From Deltaproteobacteria bacterium (GTDB lineage: Bacteria > Myxococcota > Kuafuiibacteriia > Kuafuiibacteriales > Kuafuiibacteriaceae), in the NCBI GenBank assembly GCA_011526105.1, contig WYAZ01000052.1, positions 5,419-69,418 of the forward strand: a DNA stretch of 64,000 nt, read 5' to 3'. Shown one piece after another: positions 29,394 to 38,367 of this stretch. A program made the position numbers and the translations under genes. The number at the start of each line of letters is the position of its first letter. The first letter of the stretch is position 1. A model generated the notes under the pieces. That model saw only the letters and a program-made list of their open reading frames with translations, was not told the origin of the DNA and did not search any database.

Positions 29394-30665
29394 TCAAGGC
29401 ATCCGCGGCAGGTGCGTGTCGTGGATGACCACCCCGACCCCCGAAGCAGAGACCACTGCGGCCCCGCTGCGATAGCCCATTAGCGGAACGCTCGCGCGAA
29501 AGCGCAGCGGGACGTCCCGAGCGACCGAATCGGCCGGCGCCACCAACCACAGCAGCGTGTCGGCCGGGATCGTCTCGCGGGTACCGAACCGTCCCAGACC
29601 CGCGCCTTCGAGGACGTGTGCCATGGCTTCGGCGCTTTCGGACTCGAGCGCCACGATGACCCCACCGCGCTCCATGAACTGCCGAAACGCGATCGCCCAG
29701 GTCTCGCCCAAGGCGCGCAGCTCGGCCGCGGAGCGTCCCGGCTGAGGAGTCAAGAGAAGGACATCGACCTGCAGGAGATCCTGGGTCATCGACGTGTCGT
29801 CGAGGATGACCTGCGTCCATCCGCGCCCCACCAAGGCGAGAGAACTCGCCATCGCGATCCCAACCTGATTGACGGAAGTGGAGGTGGCGGTGCCGCTGTG
29901 CAGAGCCACTCGCAGCGGATTCTCGAGCCGGATCTGGCACGCGTTGCCAAACATGGTGGAAAGCATGGGTTCGGGCTCAGAGAAGTCGTGTCCAACGACG
30001 ATCACGTGTCCCACGAGCGGAGCGCTACACACCCCATCGAGACAGATGTCGTCGCCGCAGTCGATGCCGCAGCCGCCACAGTGCTGGTCGTTGGTTCTCG
30101 GATCGACGCACGCATCCGCACACACGATGCGGGGCGCGAGGCACACGAGATCGCAGCGGCCGTCCACGCACATCTCGCCGCTCACACATGCGGTGTCGCA
30201 GTCTCCGCAGTGGCTTGGGTCAGCGCTGAGGTCCACACATGCTGCTCCGCAGCTCGATCGGCCTAAACCGCATGCGGGTCCGGCGTCGAAGCGATCGAGC
30301 ACCGGCGTTCCACCGTCGTCGCGATTCAAAAGGCTTCCGTCCTCGAGCGTCCACGCGTCGAACGGGGAGCTCGTCGCGTCTGGGCGCGCGGCGTCCTCAG
30401 CGCCTCCGTCGAGTCCGGTGTGAGCGTCGCCCGTGGGATCGTCGGCGTCATCCCCGACGGTTCCTCGATCTCCGGAGACTCCGAGTTCCGCAGCATCATC
30501 CGCAGGTGAGCCCGCGTCCGACCGCACCTGCTCGCTCGAGGGTTCGAGACAGCGGCCGTTCTCGAGCTCGAGCCCCGCTCGACACTCCGCGCCGACGATG
30601 GCCTGACATCCGGTTCCGGAGCCGACGAGGGTGATGAAGGTAAGGAGGTAGGTGCCGCGATTCAT
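29394..30665 (-). CDS. lipoprotein with cysteine-rich repeats (Myxococcus-type Cys-rich repeat-like)
   Basis: The ATG at 30665 gives MNRGTYLLTFITLVGSGTGC (lipobox). Repeats such as CGDCDTACVSGEMCVDGRCDLVC and CGGCGIDCGDDICLDGVC lie at roughly 30000-30280. The start overlaps the stop of the upstream OmpA-like gene (ATGA). Confidence 0.55.
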   Translation of the reverse strand: MNRGTYLLTFITLVGSGTGCQAIVGAECRAGLELENGRCLEPSSEQVRSDAGSPADDAAELGVSGDRGTVGDDADDPTGDAHTGLDGGAEDAARPDATSSPFDAWTLEDGSLLNRDDGGTPVLDRFDAGPACGLGRSSCGAACVDLSADPSHCGDCDTACVSGEMCVDGRCDLVCLAPRIVCADACVDPRTNDQHCGGCGIDCGDDICLDGVCSAPLVGHVIVVGHDFSEPEPMLSTMFGNACQIRLENPLRVALHSGTATSTSVNQVGIAMASSLALVGRGWTQVILDDTSMTQDLLQVDVLLLTPQPGRSAAELRALGETWAIAFRQFMERGGVIVALESESAEAMAHVLEGAGLGRFGTRETIPADTLLWLVAPADSVARDVPLRFRASVPLMGYRSGAAVVSASGVGVVIHDTHLPRMP

Positions 30666-31867
30666 CGTCCGGCTCCGTTCTGGACCGCGGCAGCGTTTTC
30701 GCCGCGCGCGATGGTTGAGGGCGCCTCGACGGGGACTTTCCTCGTGACGACGAACTCGACGCGCCGGTTTCGACGGTGGGCTCGGAGAGTCCGCCTGAGA
30801 TCGATGGGTCGAGCCTCCCCGTAGCCCACGGTCTCGAGTCTGGATGGGGCCACGCCGTGCATGACGAGCGCCCGCTTCACCGCCTCGGCTCGCTTTCGAC
30901 TCAGCTCGAGGTTGTACTCCTCCTCGCCGCGGACGTCCGCGTGCCCTTCGATGCGCATCGACACCCAGTCGGGGTGACTCTGAAACTCCATCGCGATCGC
31001 CTCCAGAGTACGAGCGGACTTGCGCTTGAGCTTCGATCGGTTCGTCCTGAAGAGCACCCGGCCTTCGAGGACCAGGCGATCTGCGACGAACTCGATCTTC
31101 TCCTCGTCGGGACAGCCATCGTGGTCGTTGTAGCCGTTCAGCACTTCGGCCTCGAGCGGGCACTTGTCCTCGGAATCGGCAATGCCGTCGTCGTCCGCGT
31201 CGAGTGCCTGGGTTTCCGGAGCCGGTGGTGGGAGCGGCGCCTCGGCGGGCTTCGTGACGACCACGGAGATGACGGGCGCCATCATCGGCTTCACTTCGGG
31301 CGCATCGAGGAACACGAGCTGGAGCCCGCCGATGAGAAGTCGGGCGTCTTCCGACGAGAGCGGATCCTGGAAGTGGACGAGCTGTTCGTAGCGGGCCATC
31401 GGTCCGACCGCGACCGCGCCGAAGGCGAGGTTGTAGCCGAGCGCACCTCCCACCACGGGCCGGACTCGACCTCCGGTGACCCCTCCGCCGGAGTTCCCTT
31501 CGAGCCAGAGGCCCAGACTCCGGCTCTCCTCTTCCACCGAGCGAAACGGGGACACTCGAATCGCACCCGTCACGGAGTAGAGCGCGCCGGTTTCAACCGC
31601 AGCCCAGCTTGGGTCGGAGCGGGGAGCGCCGTTCGTCGTGAGCAGCGAGGCGCGTACCGCGGCGCCGACCGACAACCAGGGTGCGACGCTGCGCAGCACG
31701 CCGACCGACCCGCTGACGCCCAGGCCAAAATCGCTGCTCTGCGGAGCGCTGAGGGCACGTCCCGCCCCGGCCTCGGTAGCGATGAGCCAGCGCTCCTCGG
31801 AGCCCTCCGAAGCGCCCGCCCCAGCGAGCGCGGCGAGTGTCACGAGGATGAAGCTGAGCTTGCGCAT
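30662..31867 (-). CDS. OmpA-family protein with thrombospondin type-3-like Ca-binding repeats and an N-terminal beta-rich domain
   Basis: The signal is MRKLSFILVTLAALAGAGA. It has TSP3-like DADDDGIADSEDKCP / NGYNDHDGCPDE repeats and a C-terminal OmpA peptidoglycan-binding domain (FRTNRSKLKRKSARTLEAIAMEF...RIEGHADVRGEEEYNLELSRKRAEAV). Confidence 0.7.
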   Translation of the reverse strand: MRKLSFILVTLAALAGAGASEGSEERWLIATEAGAGRALSAPQSSDFGLGVSGSVGVLRSVAPWLSVGAAVRASLLTTNGAPRSDPSWAAVETGALYSVTGAIRVSPFRSVEEESRSLGLWLEGNSGGGVTGGRVRPVVGGALGYNLAFGAVAVGPMARYEQLVHFQDPLSSEDARLLIGGLQLVFLDAPEVKPMMAPVISVVVTKPAEAPLPPPAPETQALDADDDGIADSEDKCPLEAEVLNGYNDHDGCPDEEKIEFVADRLVLEGRVLFRTNRSKLKRKSARTLEAIAMEFQSHPDWVSMRIEGHADVRGEEEYNLELSRKRAEAVKRALVMHGVAPSRLETVGYGEARPIDLRRTLRAHRRNRRVEFVVTRKVPVEAPSTIARGENAAAVQNGAGR

Positions 31868-31909
31868 TTTGTCACTCCCAGCGCACCCGAAGGGCGAGAG
31901 TGCTCGGTT

Positions 31910-33001
31910 TCACCGGCGGCGGCGAACCCGGCGGCTTCGCCGAGTTTCGTCGCTCGACCGTTCCGTTACGGTCAGGTCGCGAAGTGATTCCGGCAACAGC
32001 TCTTCGATGCGCCTACCGCTTGAGTCGACCGAAGGCCGCGTGATCTTTAGTGGACGGACCGTCTGAGTGGAGAGGGGAAACGGTGCCGGTCCTTCGAACG
32101 GCCGAAGCGGCGCGTCCGTGCTCGACTTGCGCGAGCGAGGTTTGGTGGGGGTCTCCTCCACGACGGGGGCGGGGACCACGAACCCGAACTCCGGAGCGTT
32201 CGGCTGACGCGCTTTGGGTGGTGCCTCCGCGCCGAGGGCGTCGAGGCGTTCCGAGAGGCGTCGCCATGCCTCCTGATCTCCGTCGCGCGGTCGCAGAAAG
32301 AGGAACTCCACGCGCCGATTTCGGCCGCGACCGGCCTCGGTCTCGTTGCTCGCCAGCGGGTGTGAGTCCGCGTATCCGCCGATGCGCAGCCGGGTCGAGG
32401 GCAAGGCCTCCTTCGCGGTGAGGTGGTGGAGCGCGGCGAGGGACCGGGCGACCGACAGCTCCCAGTTCGAGGGGAAACGGACCGTTCGGATGGGACGGTC
32501 GTCCGTGTGGCCCTCGATCCAGAGGGGGAGCTCGATCTCTCTCGCGATCTGCCCCACGACCTTCATGATTCGCTCGGCCCCCGGGAGGAGGTCGGCCTCA
32601 CCATCCGCAAAGAGGAGACGATCGGTGACCCGAAGAGCGATGCCGTTCTCTTCGCTGGAGACCTCCATGCTCGACCCCAGACCCGTGCCCTCGAGGATGG
32701 CCGAGATGCGCTGCTTGAGCCGCAGCTCGATGGGCACCGAGTTGGGCACACTCTCTTCCTTCGACAGCTCGACGACCGAAGTGGTGAGTCCCACCATGTC
32801 GCCAGGGTGCTTGAACTGAACACCCAGGGCTTCGCGGACCGAGCCGAGCGCTTCCCGAAAGTTGGTCACGTCCATGTTGGCGAAGGACAACAGGAGCACA
32901 AAGAAGGTGAGGAGCAGGGTCGCCATGTCGGCGAAGGTCGCCATCCAGGCCGGAGCACCCTCTTCGACCTCTTCCTCGTCTTCTTCGAACTCGTCACCCA
33001 T
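31910..33001 (-). CDS. motB: flagellar motor stator protein MotB
   Basis: Has the MotB TM/plug region APAWMATFADMATLLLTFFVLLLSF and OmpA-like peptidoglycan-binding motifs (IEGHTDDRPI...LSVARSLAALHHL...RRVEF). It begins 2 nt after the motA stop. Confidence 0.8.
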   Translation of the reverse strand: MGDEFEEDEEEVEEGAPAWMATFADMATLLLTFFVLLLSFANMDVTNFREALGSVREALGVQFKHPGDMVGLTTSVVELSKEESVPNSVPIELRLKQRISAILEGTGLGSSMEVSSEENGIALRVTDRLLFADGEADLLPGAERIMKVVGQIAREIELPLWIEGHTDDRPIRTVRFPSNWELSVARSLAALHHLTAKEALPSTRLRIGGYADSHPLASNETEAGRGRNRRVEFLFLRPRDGDQEAWRRLSERLDALGAEAPPKARQPNAPEFGFVVPAPVVEETPTKPRSRKSSTDAPLRPFEGPAPFPLSTQTVRPLKITRPSVDSSGRRIEELLPESLRDLTVTERSSDETRRSRRVRRRR

Positions 33002-33003
33002 GA

Positions 33004-33774
33004 CTAGGCCGCCTTGCTCGTCTCGGAGTTTGCGCGCGCCTTGGGCTCGAGGAAGCCTTCGAGCTTCTCCTTCACGACCCGAGCGTTTTCACCCCGTAGA
33101 ATGGAGTCGATGCCCTCGATGACGACGATCATGTTGGCGGCTTCCTCGCTCGACCGATGCTCGAGCTTCGTCGCCAGCGGTCCAAAGAGCAGAAACGCCA
33201 TCACCGCGCCGTACATCGTCGTGAGGAGCGCGATGGCCATGGCGGGGCCGATCTTCGACGGGTCGTTGAGGGTCTGAAGCATCTGCACGAGGCCGATGAG
33301 GGTCCCGATCATGCCCATGGAGGGCGAGGTGGCGGCGAGGAACTTGAAGAGCTTCTGCCCTCGCTTGTGACGCTGCTTCATCGTTACGAGCTCGCTGCGA
33401 AGCACGGACCGGACGTCTTCGGCGGGCATGCCATCGACCGCGAAACGCACCCCACGGGCGAGGAACTTGTCGGGAATGACCTGGTTCTCCAGAGCGAGGA
33501 TGCCGCTCTTCTTCACGATGGTGGAGAGCTCTGCGATGGTCGCAATGGTCGTCTCCACGGATGGGCTTCGATTGAAGATGGCGTTGAGTCCCACCTTGAA
33601 TCCGTTGACGAAGTTTGGCATCCGCTCCGCGATCATCGCGGCGCTGATGCTGCCCCCCACGACGATCAGCAGACTCGGCACATCGATGAATGCGCTGATC
33701 GTGCCCCCGGCCATGATCGAGCCGACGATGAGCGCGAATCCCGCCACGGCGCCGATGATCGTTGCGATATCCAT
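33004..33774 (-). CDS. motA: flagellar motor stator protein MotA
   Basis: It has four TM helices, and the MotA/TolQ/ExbB-type C-terminal region reads MGMIGTLIGLVQML...AIALLTTMYGAVMAFLLFGPLA. Confidence 0.85.
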   Translation of the reverse strand: MDIATIIGAVAGFALIVGSIMAGGTISAFIDVPSLLIVVGGSISAAMIAERMPNFVNGFKVGLNAIFNRSPSVETTIATIAELSTIVKKSGILALENQVIPDKFLARGVRFAVDGMPAEDVRSVLRSELVTMKQRHKRGQKLFKFLAATSPSMGMIGTLIGLVQMLQTLNDPSKIGPAMAIALLTTMYGAVMAFLLFGPLATKLEHRSSEEAANMIVVIEGIDSILRGENARVVKEKLEGFLEPKARANSETSKAA

Positions 33775-33798
33775 GATGCTCCTTTCGCTTCAGAATCC

Positions 33799-34296
33799 CT
33801 ACTGCACGACGAACTCACCGAAGAACACGCTCTGTACTTCGTCCGTGCCGAGCCGACCTTGAACCCGCGCGAGCAGTTCGCGCTGGATCTTGGTCTTTCC
33901 GTCCTCTCCGCGGGTATCGGCGATGCGCAGTGTCGAGAGGTAACGAAGGAACTGGTCCCGGATCTCTGCCTTCGCGAGCTCGAGCGCGGGCAACACCTCG
34001 GGGTCACGCAGTTGGACGCTGACGGTGGCTTTCAGGTATCGAGGGACGCCAGGCTCATCCAGGTTCACGACGAGGGTGGGAAGCTCCGCGACGGGCCCTG
34101 GCAGCTTCGGTGCCTCCACGGGTGCTTCCTCTGGCTCGACGTCCGCCGGCTTGGTCAGTTCGACGAGCTTGAAGGCCACGAATCCCGTGCCTCCGAGGTT
34201 GATGACCCCGAGCGCGGTCCCGAGCACCGCAAAGAGGGCGACCTTGGACTTTGGCTTGGGCGCTTCGACGGGTGTTTCTGGTGCGGGTTTGGTCAC
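33799..34296 (-). CDS. fliL: flagellar basal-body-associated protein FliL
   Basis: Has a single TM helix (VALFAVLGTALGVINL) followed by the FliL core LVVNL...RYLKATVSVQL...AEIRDQFLRYLST...VQSVFFGEFVVQ. Confidence 0.7.
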   Translation of the reverse strand: MTKPAPETPVEAPKPKSKVALFAVLGTALGVINLGGTGFVAFKLVELTKPADVEPEEAPVEAPKLPGPVAELPTLVVNLDEPGVPRYLKATVSVQLRDPEVLPALELAKAEIRDQFLRYLSTLRIADTRGEDGKTKIQRELLARVQGRLGTDEVQSVFFGEFVVQ

Positions 34297-34320
34297 GATG
34301 TTCCTCCGGTCTCTCGGGCC

Positions 34321-35481
34321 TCAGGCCGCGGCGCCTGCTTCGACCCTCAGGCGTCCCTGGGCGGCGAGGGCGGCACCCGCCGCCACGGCGAGCTGAGGCT
34401 CGGAGTGAACGGAGACCGCTCGCCGGAAAACCTTGCTCACGCGGTCCACGACCCCGGGAACCCTGCTGGAGCCCCCTACGAGCAGGACGCGGTCGAGCAC
34501 CTCGGGTCGCATCGAGGCGAAAGCGAGCGCTTCTGCGCTGACCTTGACCGCTCGGTCGAGGTACGGGCCCCACAGGCGCTCGGCGAGGGGTCTGTCCACG
34601 TTGAACTCGAACCCGTGCGCTCGCCCGGGCAGGTCGCGCAGGCGAAGCGTGGTGCTCTCCGAGGCAGAGAGGGCTCGCTTCGCGAGCTCGACGCGACAGA
34701 GGATCTGATCGAAGAGCACGCGATCTTTCTCCGCGTCGATCTCTTCGGTCTGCCATAGTTCGCCGACGATGTGTCGGCTGAGGACCGCGTCGAGATCGTC
34801 GCCTCCCAGGCACTCGTCCCCTCGTGCAGAGAGAACCTTGAGCCACTGGGCGCTCGCGTCCACGACGGCGGCGTCCATCGTTCCCCCACCGAAGTCGAAG
34901 ACGAGGAACCTCTGGCGCTTCTCCAGACCTCGAGCGAGCGCATAGGCGGCCGCGCAGGGCTCGTTGAGGATGGATATCTCCTCGAAACCGGCGAGCCGAC
35001 CTGCGAGTTTCGTGGCCTCGATCGCCGGTGCGCTGAAGGCGACCGGTACGGTGAGCAGGACCTTGCGAATCTCGGAGCCGAATCGCTGCTCGGCGAGGCC
35101 CTTCAGGTAGGACAGCAGGATCGACGAGGCCTCGGCAGGGCTAATGGGCCCCGTGTGCGTCTGCATCGTCACTTCGCCGCTCATCGAGCGGCGGAGCCTC
35201 ATCGTGGACGTCCCGTCGATCAGACGCCGGGCGCCGGATTCCCACGACACGCCCATGAGTCGTTTGAAGCCGGCGAGGACCTCTTCGGGACGGCGTTGCC
35301 GAAGCAGCGCGGCCTCGGCGCCCACCAGCGGCTTACCTTGGCGCGGGACATGGACGACGCTCGGAATGCAGGCCTCGCCTCGAGCGTCGAGCGCAAAAGC
35401 GATTCGGCCATCGATGAGCGCGGCCGCGGTCGAGAAAGAGACGCCGAGGTCGACGCCCAAGGTGATTTCGCGACTCGCCAT
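34321..35481 (-). CDS. Hsp70-family ATPase paralog (nucleotide-binding domain only, no substrate-binding domain)
   Basis: Carries Hsp70 phosphate-1 (LGVDLGVSFS), phosphate-2 (FDFGGGTMDAAVV) and adenosine (LLVGGSSRVPGV) motifs. At 386 aa it is the first gene of the fliL-motAB transcription unit. Confidence 0.65.
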   Translation of the reverse strand: MASREITLGVDLGVSFSTAAALIDGRIAFALDARGEACIPSVVHVPRQGKPLVGAEAALLRQRRPEEVLAGFKRLMGVSWESGARRLIDGTSTMRLRRSMSGEVTMQTHTGPISPAEASSILLSYLKGLAEQRFGSEIRKVLLTVPVAFSAPAIEATKLAGRLAGFEEISILNEPCAAAYALARGLEKRQRFLVFDFGGGTMDAAVVDASAQWLKVLSARGDECLGGDDLDAVLSRHIVGELWQTEEIDAEKDRVLFDQILCRVELAKRALSASESTTLRLRDLPGRAHGFEFNVDRPLAERLWGPYLDRAVKVSAEALAFASMRPEVLDRVLLVGGSSRVPGVVDRVSKVFRRAVSVHSEPQLAVAAGAALAAQGRLRVEAGAAA

Positions 35482-35565
35482 CCGAGCAGTGATTCGGCCG
35501 CGGCGCGCTACGGTTAAGTGCTGGCGTGAAGCTTACATGGACCGAACTTGCGCAGAGTGATGCGG

Positions 35566-35590
35566 CCCCTGGGTCAAACGAACCCAGGGT
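35566..35590. promoter_or_regulatory. inverted repeat CCCTGGGT-N7-ACCCAGGG in the divergent intergenic region
   Basis: This dyad lies between the Hsp70-like/fliL/motAB operon and the sigma54-activator gene. It is a candidate operator. Confidence 0.25.
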
Positions 35591-35677
35591 GCTCGAGACC
35601 TTCCTAATCCAGAAAGGTCGGTGGACTGCGGAGACCTGCCTCGGATCGTAGATTGCAAACTTGAAAGACAAGAAGTC

Positions 35678-37111
35678 ATGCATACACATCTATCTACATC
35701 CGACCTTGCCCCCTCATCCGTGTTGATCCTAGAGGACGAACCCACCATCGCACAGGCCTTGGTCCGCCTCATCGGCGCGAAGGGGTACAGCTGCGGGGTG
35801 GTCGGCAGCATCGCCCAGGCCCGCAACCGGCTCGAGTCGGAGGAGTACACCTTCCTCATCGCCGGCCTCCGTCTGCCGGATGGCGATGGAGCGCCGCTGA
35901 TTCGTTGGGCCCTCGGCGCGGGACGGGTGCGGGTGGCGGCGGCGATGACCAGCGACGCCTCCTGCACACGCGTTGTGGAGGCGATGCGCTGCGGTGCTCA
36001 CACGGTTCTGAGCAAGCCCTTCAGCCTCGACGAGGTGAGCGAGTTTCTGACCCAGCACGAGCCCGCTCGCAATCGGATTACGCACTGGCGCGACAGCTTT
36101 GCCCCCGAGCTGCTCGGCGACTCCTACGCGCTGCGCGAGCAGCTCGGCGTGGCGGTCCGTGTCGCCGCGACCGACTACAGCGTTCTCATCACGGGCGAGA
36201 CCGGGACCGGAAAGGAAGTGCTCGCGCACGCAATGCACGCGGCTTCCGAACGCTCGACCGGGCCCTTCGTGCCCGTCAACTGCGCGGCCCTTCCGGCTGA
36301 GCTCATCGAAGCGGAGCTCTTCGGTCACACCCAGGGTGCGTTCACCGGCGCCGACAAGGTTCGGGCCGGGAGGATTCAATCGGCGCAAGGTGGGACGCTC
36401 TTCCTCGACGAGATCGGTGACATGCCGCTTTCGGCGCAGGCCAAGCTGCTCCGAGTTCTACAGGACCGCAAGGTGTGTCCGGTCGGGTCGGATGCTTCGC
36501 ACCCGGTGGATGTGCGCATCATCGCCGCGACCCATCGTTCCCTCGAAGAGGCCTGCGAACAGCAGCAGTTTCGCGTGGACCTGCTCTACCGCCTCAACGT
36601 CGTGACGGTGGAGCTCCCTGCCCTGCGCGATCGTCCGGAGGACATCGTGCCTCTGGCCCGACACTTCCTCCGTGCCTCCGCCGAGCAGACCAGGCGTCCC
36701 TACATGACCCTCGAGCCGTCCGCCGAGGTCGCCCTTCGCGAGTACCCATGGCCTGGGAATGTCCGCGAGCTCAAGAACGCCATGGAGCGGAGTGCGCTGC
36801 TCGCGACGTCCGATCGCCTCTCGGCGGCAGACCTCCGCCTCGGCAGCCGCGCACGCGGTGACTCGGGCCTGCGACCGCCGCAGCATCCGCTCGCCGTCGC
36901 GGGGCCAATGATCAGCCCAGAGCCGCCCGTGGTCGTGCCCCCAGAAGTCCGCACGAGCGACCTCGATCTCAAGGTGGCGCTGCAGCAGAAGGAGCAGGAG
37001 CTCATCCACGTGGCTCTGCGCAAAGCGGGTGGGAACCGAACGGAGGCCGCGGCGCTTCTGGGTCTGAATCGCACCACGCTCGTCGAGAAGCTGCGCCGCT
37101 CCGCCGGTTGA
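35678..37111 (+). CDS. sigma54-dependent transcriptional activator (REC-like N-terminal domain + AAA+ sigma54-interaction domain + Fis-type HTH); likely the flagellar master regulator (FleQ/FlrA/FlbD-type)
   Basis: GETGTGKE is the Walker A. ESELFGH-like GAFTGA (ELFGHTQGAFTGA) is the sigma54-contact motif, and RVDVRIIAAT carries the arginine finger. The C-terminal HTH reads NRTEAAALLGLNRTTLVEKLRR. The gene sits immediately upstream of flgB. Its upstream region is AT-rich and contains TTGCA. Confidence 0.8.
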   Translation: MHTHLSTSDLAPSSVLILEDEPTIAQALVRLIGAKGYSCGVVGSIAQARNRLESEEYTFLIAGLRLPDGDGAPLIRWALGAGRVRVAAAMTSDASCTRVVEAMRCGAHTVLSKPFSLDEVSEFLTQHEPARNRITHWRDSFAPELLGDSYALREQLGVAVRVAATDYSVLITGETGTGKEVLAHAMHAASERSTGPFVPVNCAALPAELIEAELFGHTQGAFTGADKVRAGRIQSAQGGTLFLDEIGDMPLSAQAKLLRVLQDRKVCPVGSDASHPVDVRIIAATHRSLEEACEQQQFRVDLLYRLNVVTVELPALRDRPEDIVPLARHFLRASAEQTRRPYMTLEPSAEVALREYPWPGNVRELKNAMERSALLATSDRLSAADLRLGSRARGDSGLRPPQHPLAVAGPMISPEPPVVVPPEVRTSDLDLKVALQQKEQELIHVALRKAGGNRTEAAALLGLNRTTLVEKLRRSAG

Positions 37112-37178
37112 GCGCATCGCCGATCGTCAGTTCTGGCGATTTCGAACACCCCGAAGCTCATGGAACAGTCGATCGAGA

Positions 37179-37194
37179 TGGCCCGTCCCTTGCT
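37179..37194 (+). promoter_or_regulatory. sigma54 (-24/-12) promoter for the flgB operon
   Basis: TGGCCCgtcccTTGCT has GG and GC spaced exactly as in the consensus TGGCAC-N5-TTGCW. The -12 C lies at 37193 and the flgB ATG at 37209. Confidence 0.5.
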
Positions 37195-37208
37195 CTACTC
37201 AAAGCTGA

Positions 37209-37592
37209 ATGCGAACCCTCTTCGATTCCACGCAGGGACTCGAGCGCGCTCTGCAGTTTCAGCGTGATCGGCAGGAGATCCTGTCCGAGAACGTTGCGAA
37301 CCTCGCCACGCCGGGCTTTGTACCTCGCGACCTCGAAGCTGACCCCGCTGCGACCGAGTTCAGAGCTCTGCTGCGCACACACGCGGCCCACCTCCCGAGC
37401 CAAGCCGATAGCCCGGCCGATCGGGCGGTCGACCGCGCCGACCGAGCTCCGGGGGCCGATGGGAACTCGGTCAGCCTGGAGCTTCAGATGGCGAAGCTCA
37501 ACGCTACACGGGTCCAGTTCGGCGCCGCCGCCTCATTGGTCTCGAGGAAGCTCGCGCTGCTCCGTTACGGGGCGTCTGACGGCAACGGATAG
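37209..37592 (+). CDS. flgB: flagellar proximal rod protein FlgB
   Basis: MRTLFDSTQGLERALQFQRDRQEILSENVANLATPGF is the FlgB N-terminus, and a rod-protein C-terminal heptad is present. Confidence 0.85.
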   Translation: MRTLFDSTQGLERALQFQRDRQEILSENVANLATPGFVPRDLEADPAATEFRALLRTHAAHLPSQADSPADRAVDRADRAPGADGNSVSLELQMAKLNATRVQFGAAASLVSRKLALLRYGASDGNG

Positions 37593-37608
37593 CCAGGAGG
37601 AATGAAGG

Positions 37609-38031
37609 ATGAGTCTCTTGAGATCACTCGATACCACGGCTTCCGGGCTCACGGCGCAACGCATGCGACTCGAGGTCGCATCCGAGAACCTCTCCAACGC
37701 CACCACGACTCGAACGCCCGAGGGCGGTCCGTACCGACGAAAAGAGGTCGTGCTCGAGGCGACTCGATCCGAGGGTGGACTCGATGCCGCCGAAGACGAC
37801 AGCTCCACCGTCTCGGTCAGCGAAGTCCGCGGGGATCAGCGGCCACCGCGCCTCGTGTACGAGCCCGGTCATCCGGATGCAGACGGGAACGGGTACGTCG
37901 CCTACCCAAACGTGTCGGTCATCGAGGAGATGGTCGACATGATCACCGCGTCGCGCGCGTATGAGGCCGGCCTAACCGCGGCCGGAAACACCATCCAGAT
38001 GGCCGAACGCGCCCTCGAGATCGGTCGGTGA
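37609..38031 (+). CDS. flgC: flagellar proximal rod protein FlgC
   Basis: MSLLRSLDTTASGLTAQRMRLEVASENLSNATTTRT...YVAYPNVSVIEEMVDMITASRAYEA matches FlgC. An AGGAGG RBS lies 8 nt upstream. Confidence 0.9.
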   Translation: MSLLRSLDTTASGLTAQRMRLEVASENLSNATTTRTPEGGPYRRKEVVLEATRSEGGLDAAEDDSSTVSVSEVRGDQRPPRLVYEPGHPDADGNGYVAYPNVSVIEEMVDMITASRAYEAGLTAAGNTIQMAERALEIGR

Positions 38032-38345
38032 GCCCGATGAAGATCGAAGGACTTCCACTCCCGCGTGTTCAGGTCGACCCGTCCGCCAGCCCCTCTCTGG
38101 AGGGCGGGTCGACCGAGACGAGTCGAGGCGAAGCATTCAGTCGCGCACTCGTGGATGCGTTCGGGGCGGCCTCGCGCGCCGAAGGTGCGGCCGCCGAAGC
38201 CTCAACCAGGATGCTCGAAGGCACAGGTGAGATCCACGAGGCGATGATCGCGCATGAGAAGGCGTCGATCTCCCTTCGCTTCGCCGTCCAGGTGAAGAAC
38301 CGGGCCATAGAGGCCTATCGGGAGCTTCTGAATACCCAGGTCTGA
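38028..38345 (+). CDS. fliE: flagellar hook-basal body protein FliE
   Basis: At ~100 aa, its C-terminus (EIHEAMIAHEKASISLRFAVQVKNRAIEAYRELLNTQV) is FliE-like. The start is GTG 38028 (GTGA overlap with flgC) or ATG 38037. Confidence 0.75.
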   Translation: MSPMKIEGLPLPRVQVDPSASPSLEGGSTETSRGEAFSRALVDAFGAASRAEGAAAEASTRMLEGTGEIHEAMIAHEKASISLRFAVQVKNRAIEAYRELLNTQV

Positions 38346-38367
38346 GCGGAAAGGAGGACGAAACTAG

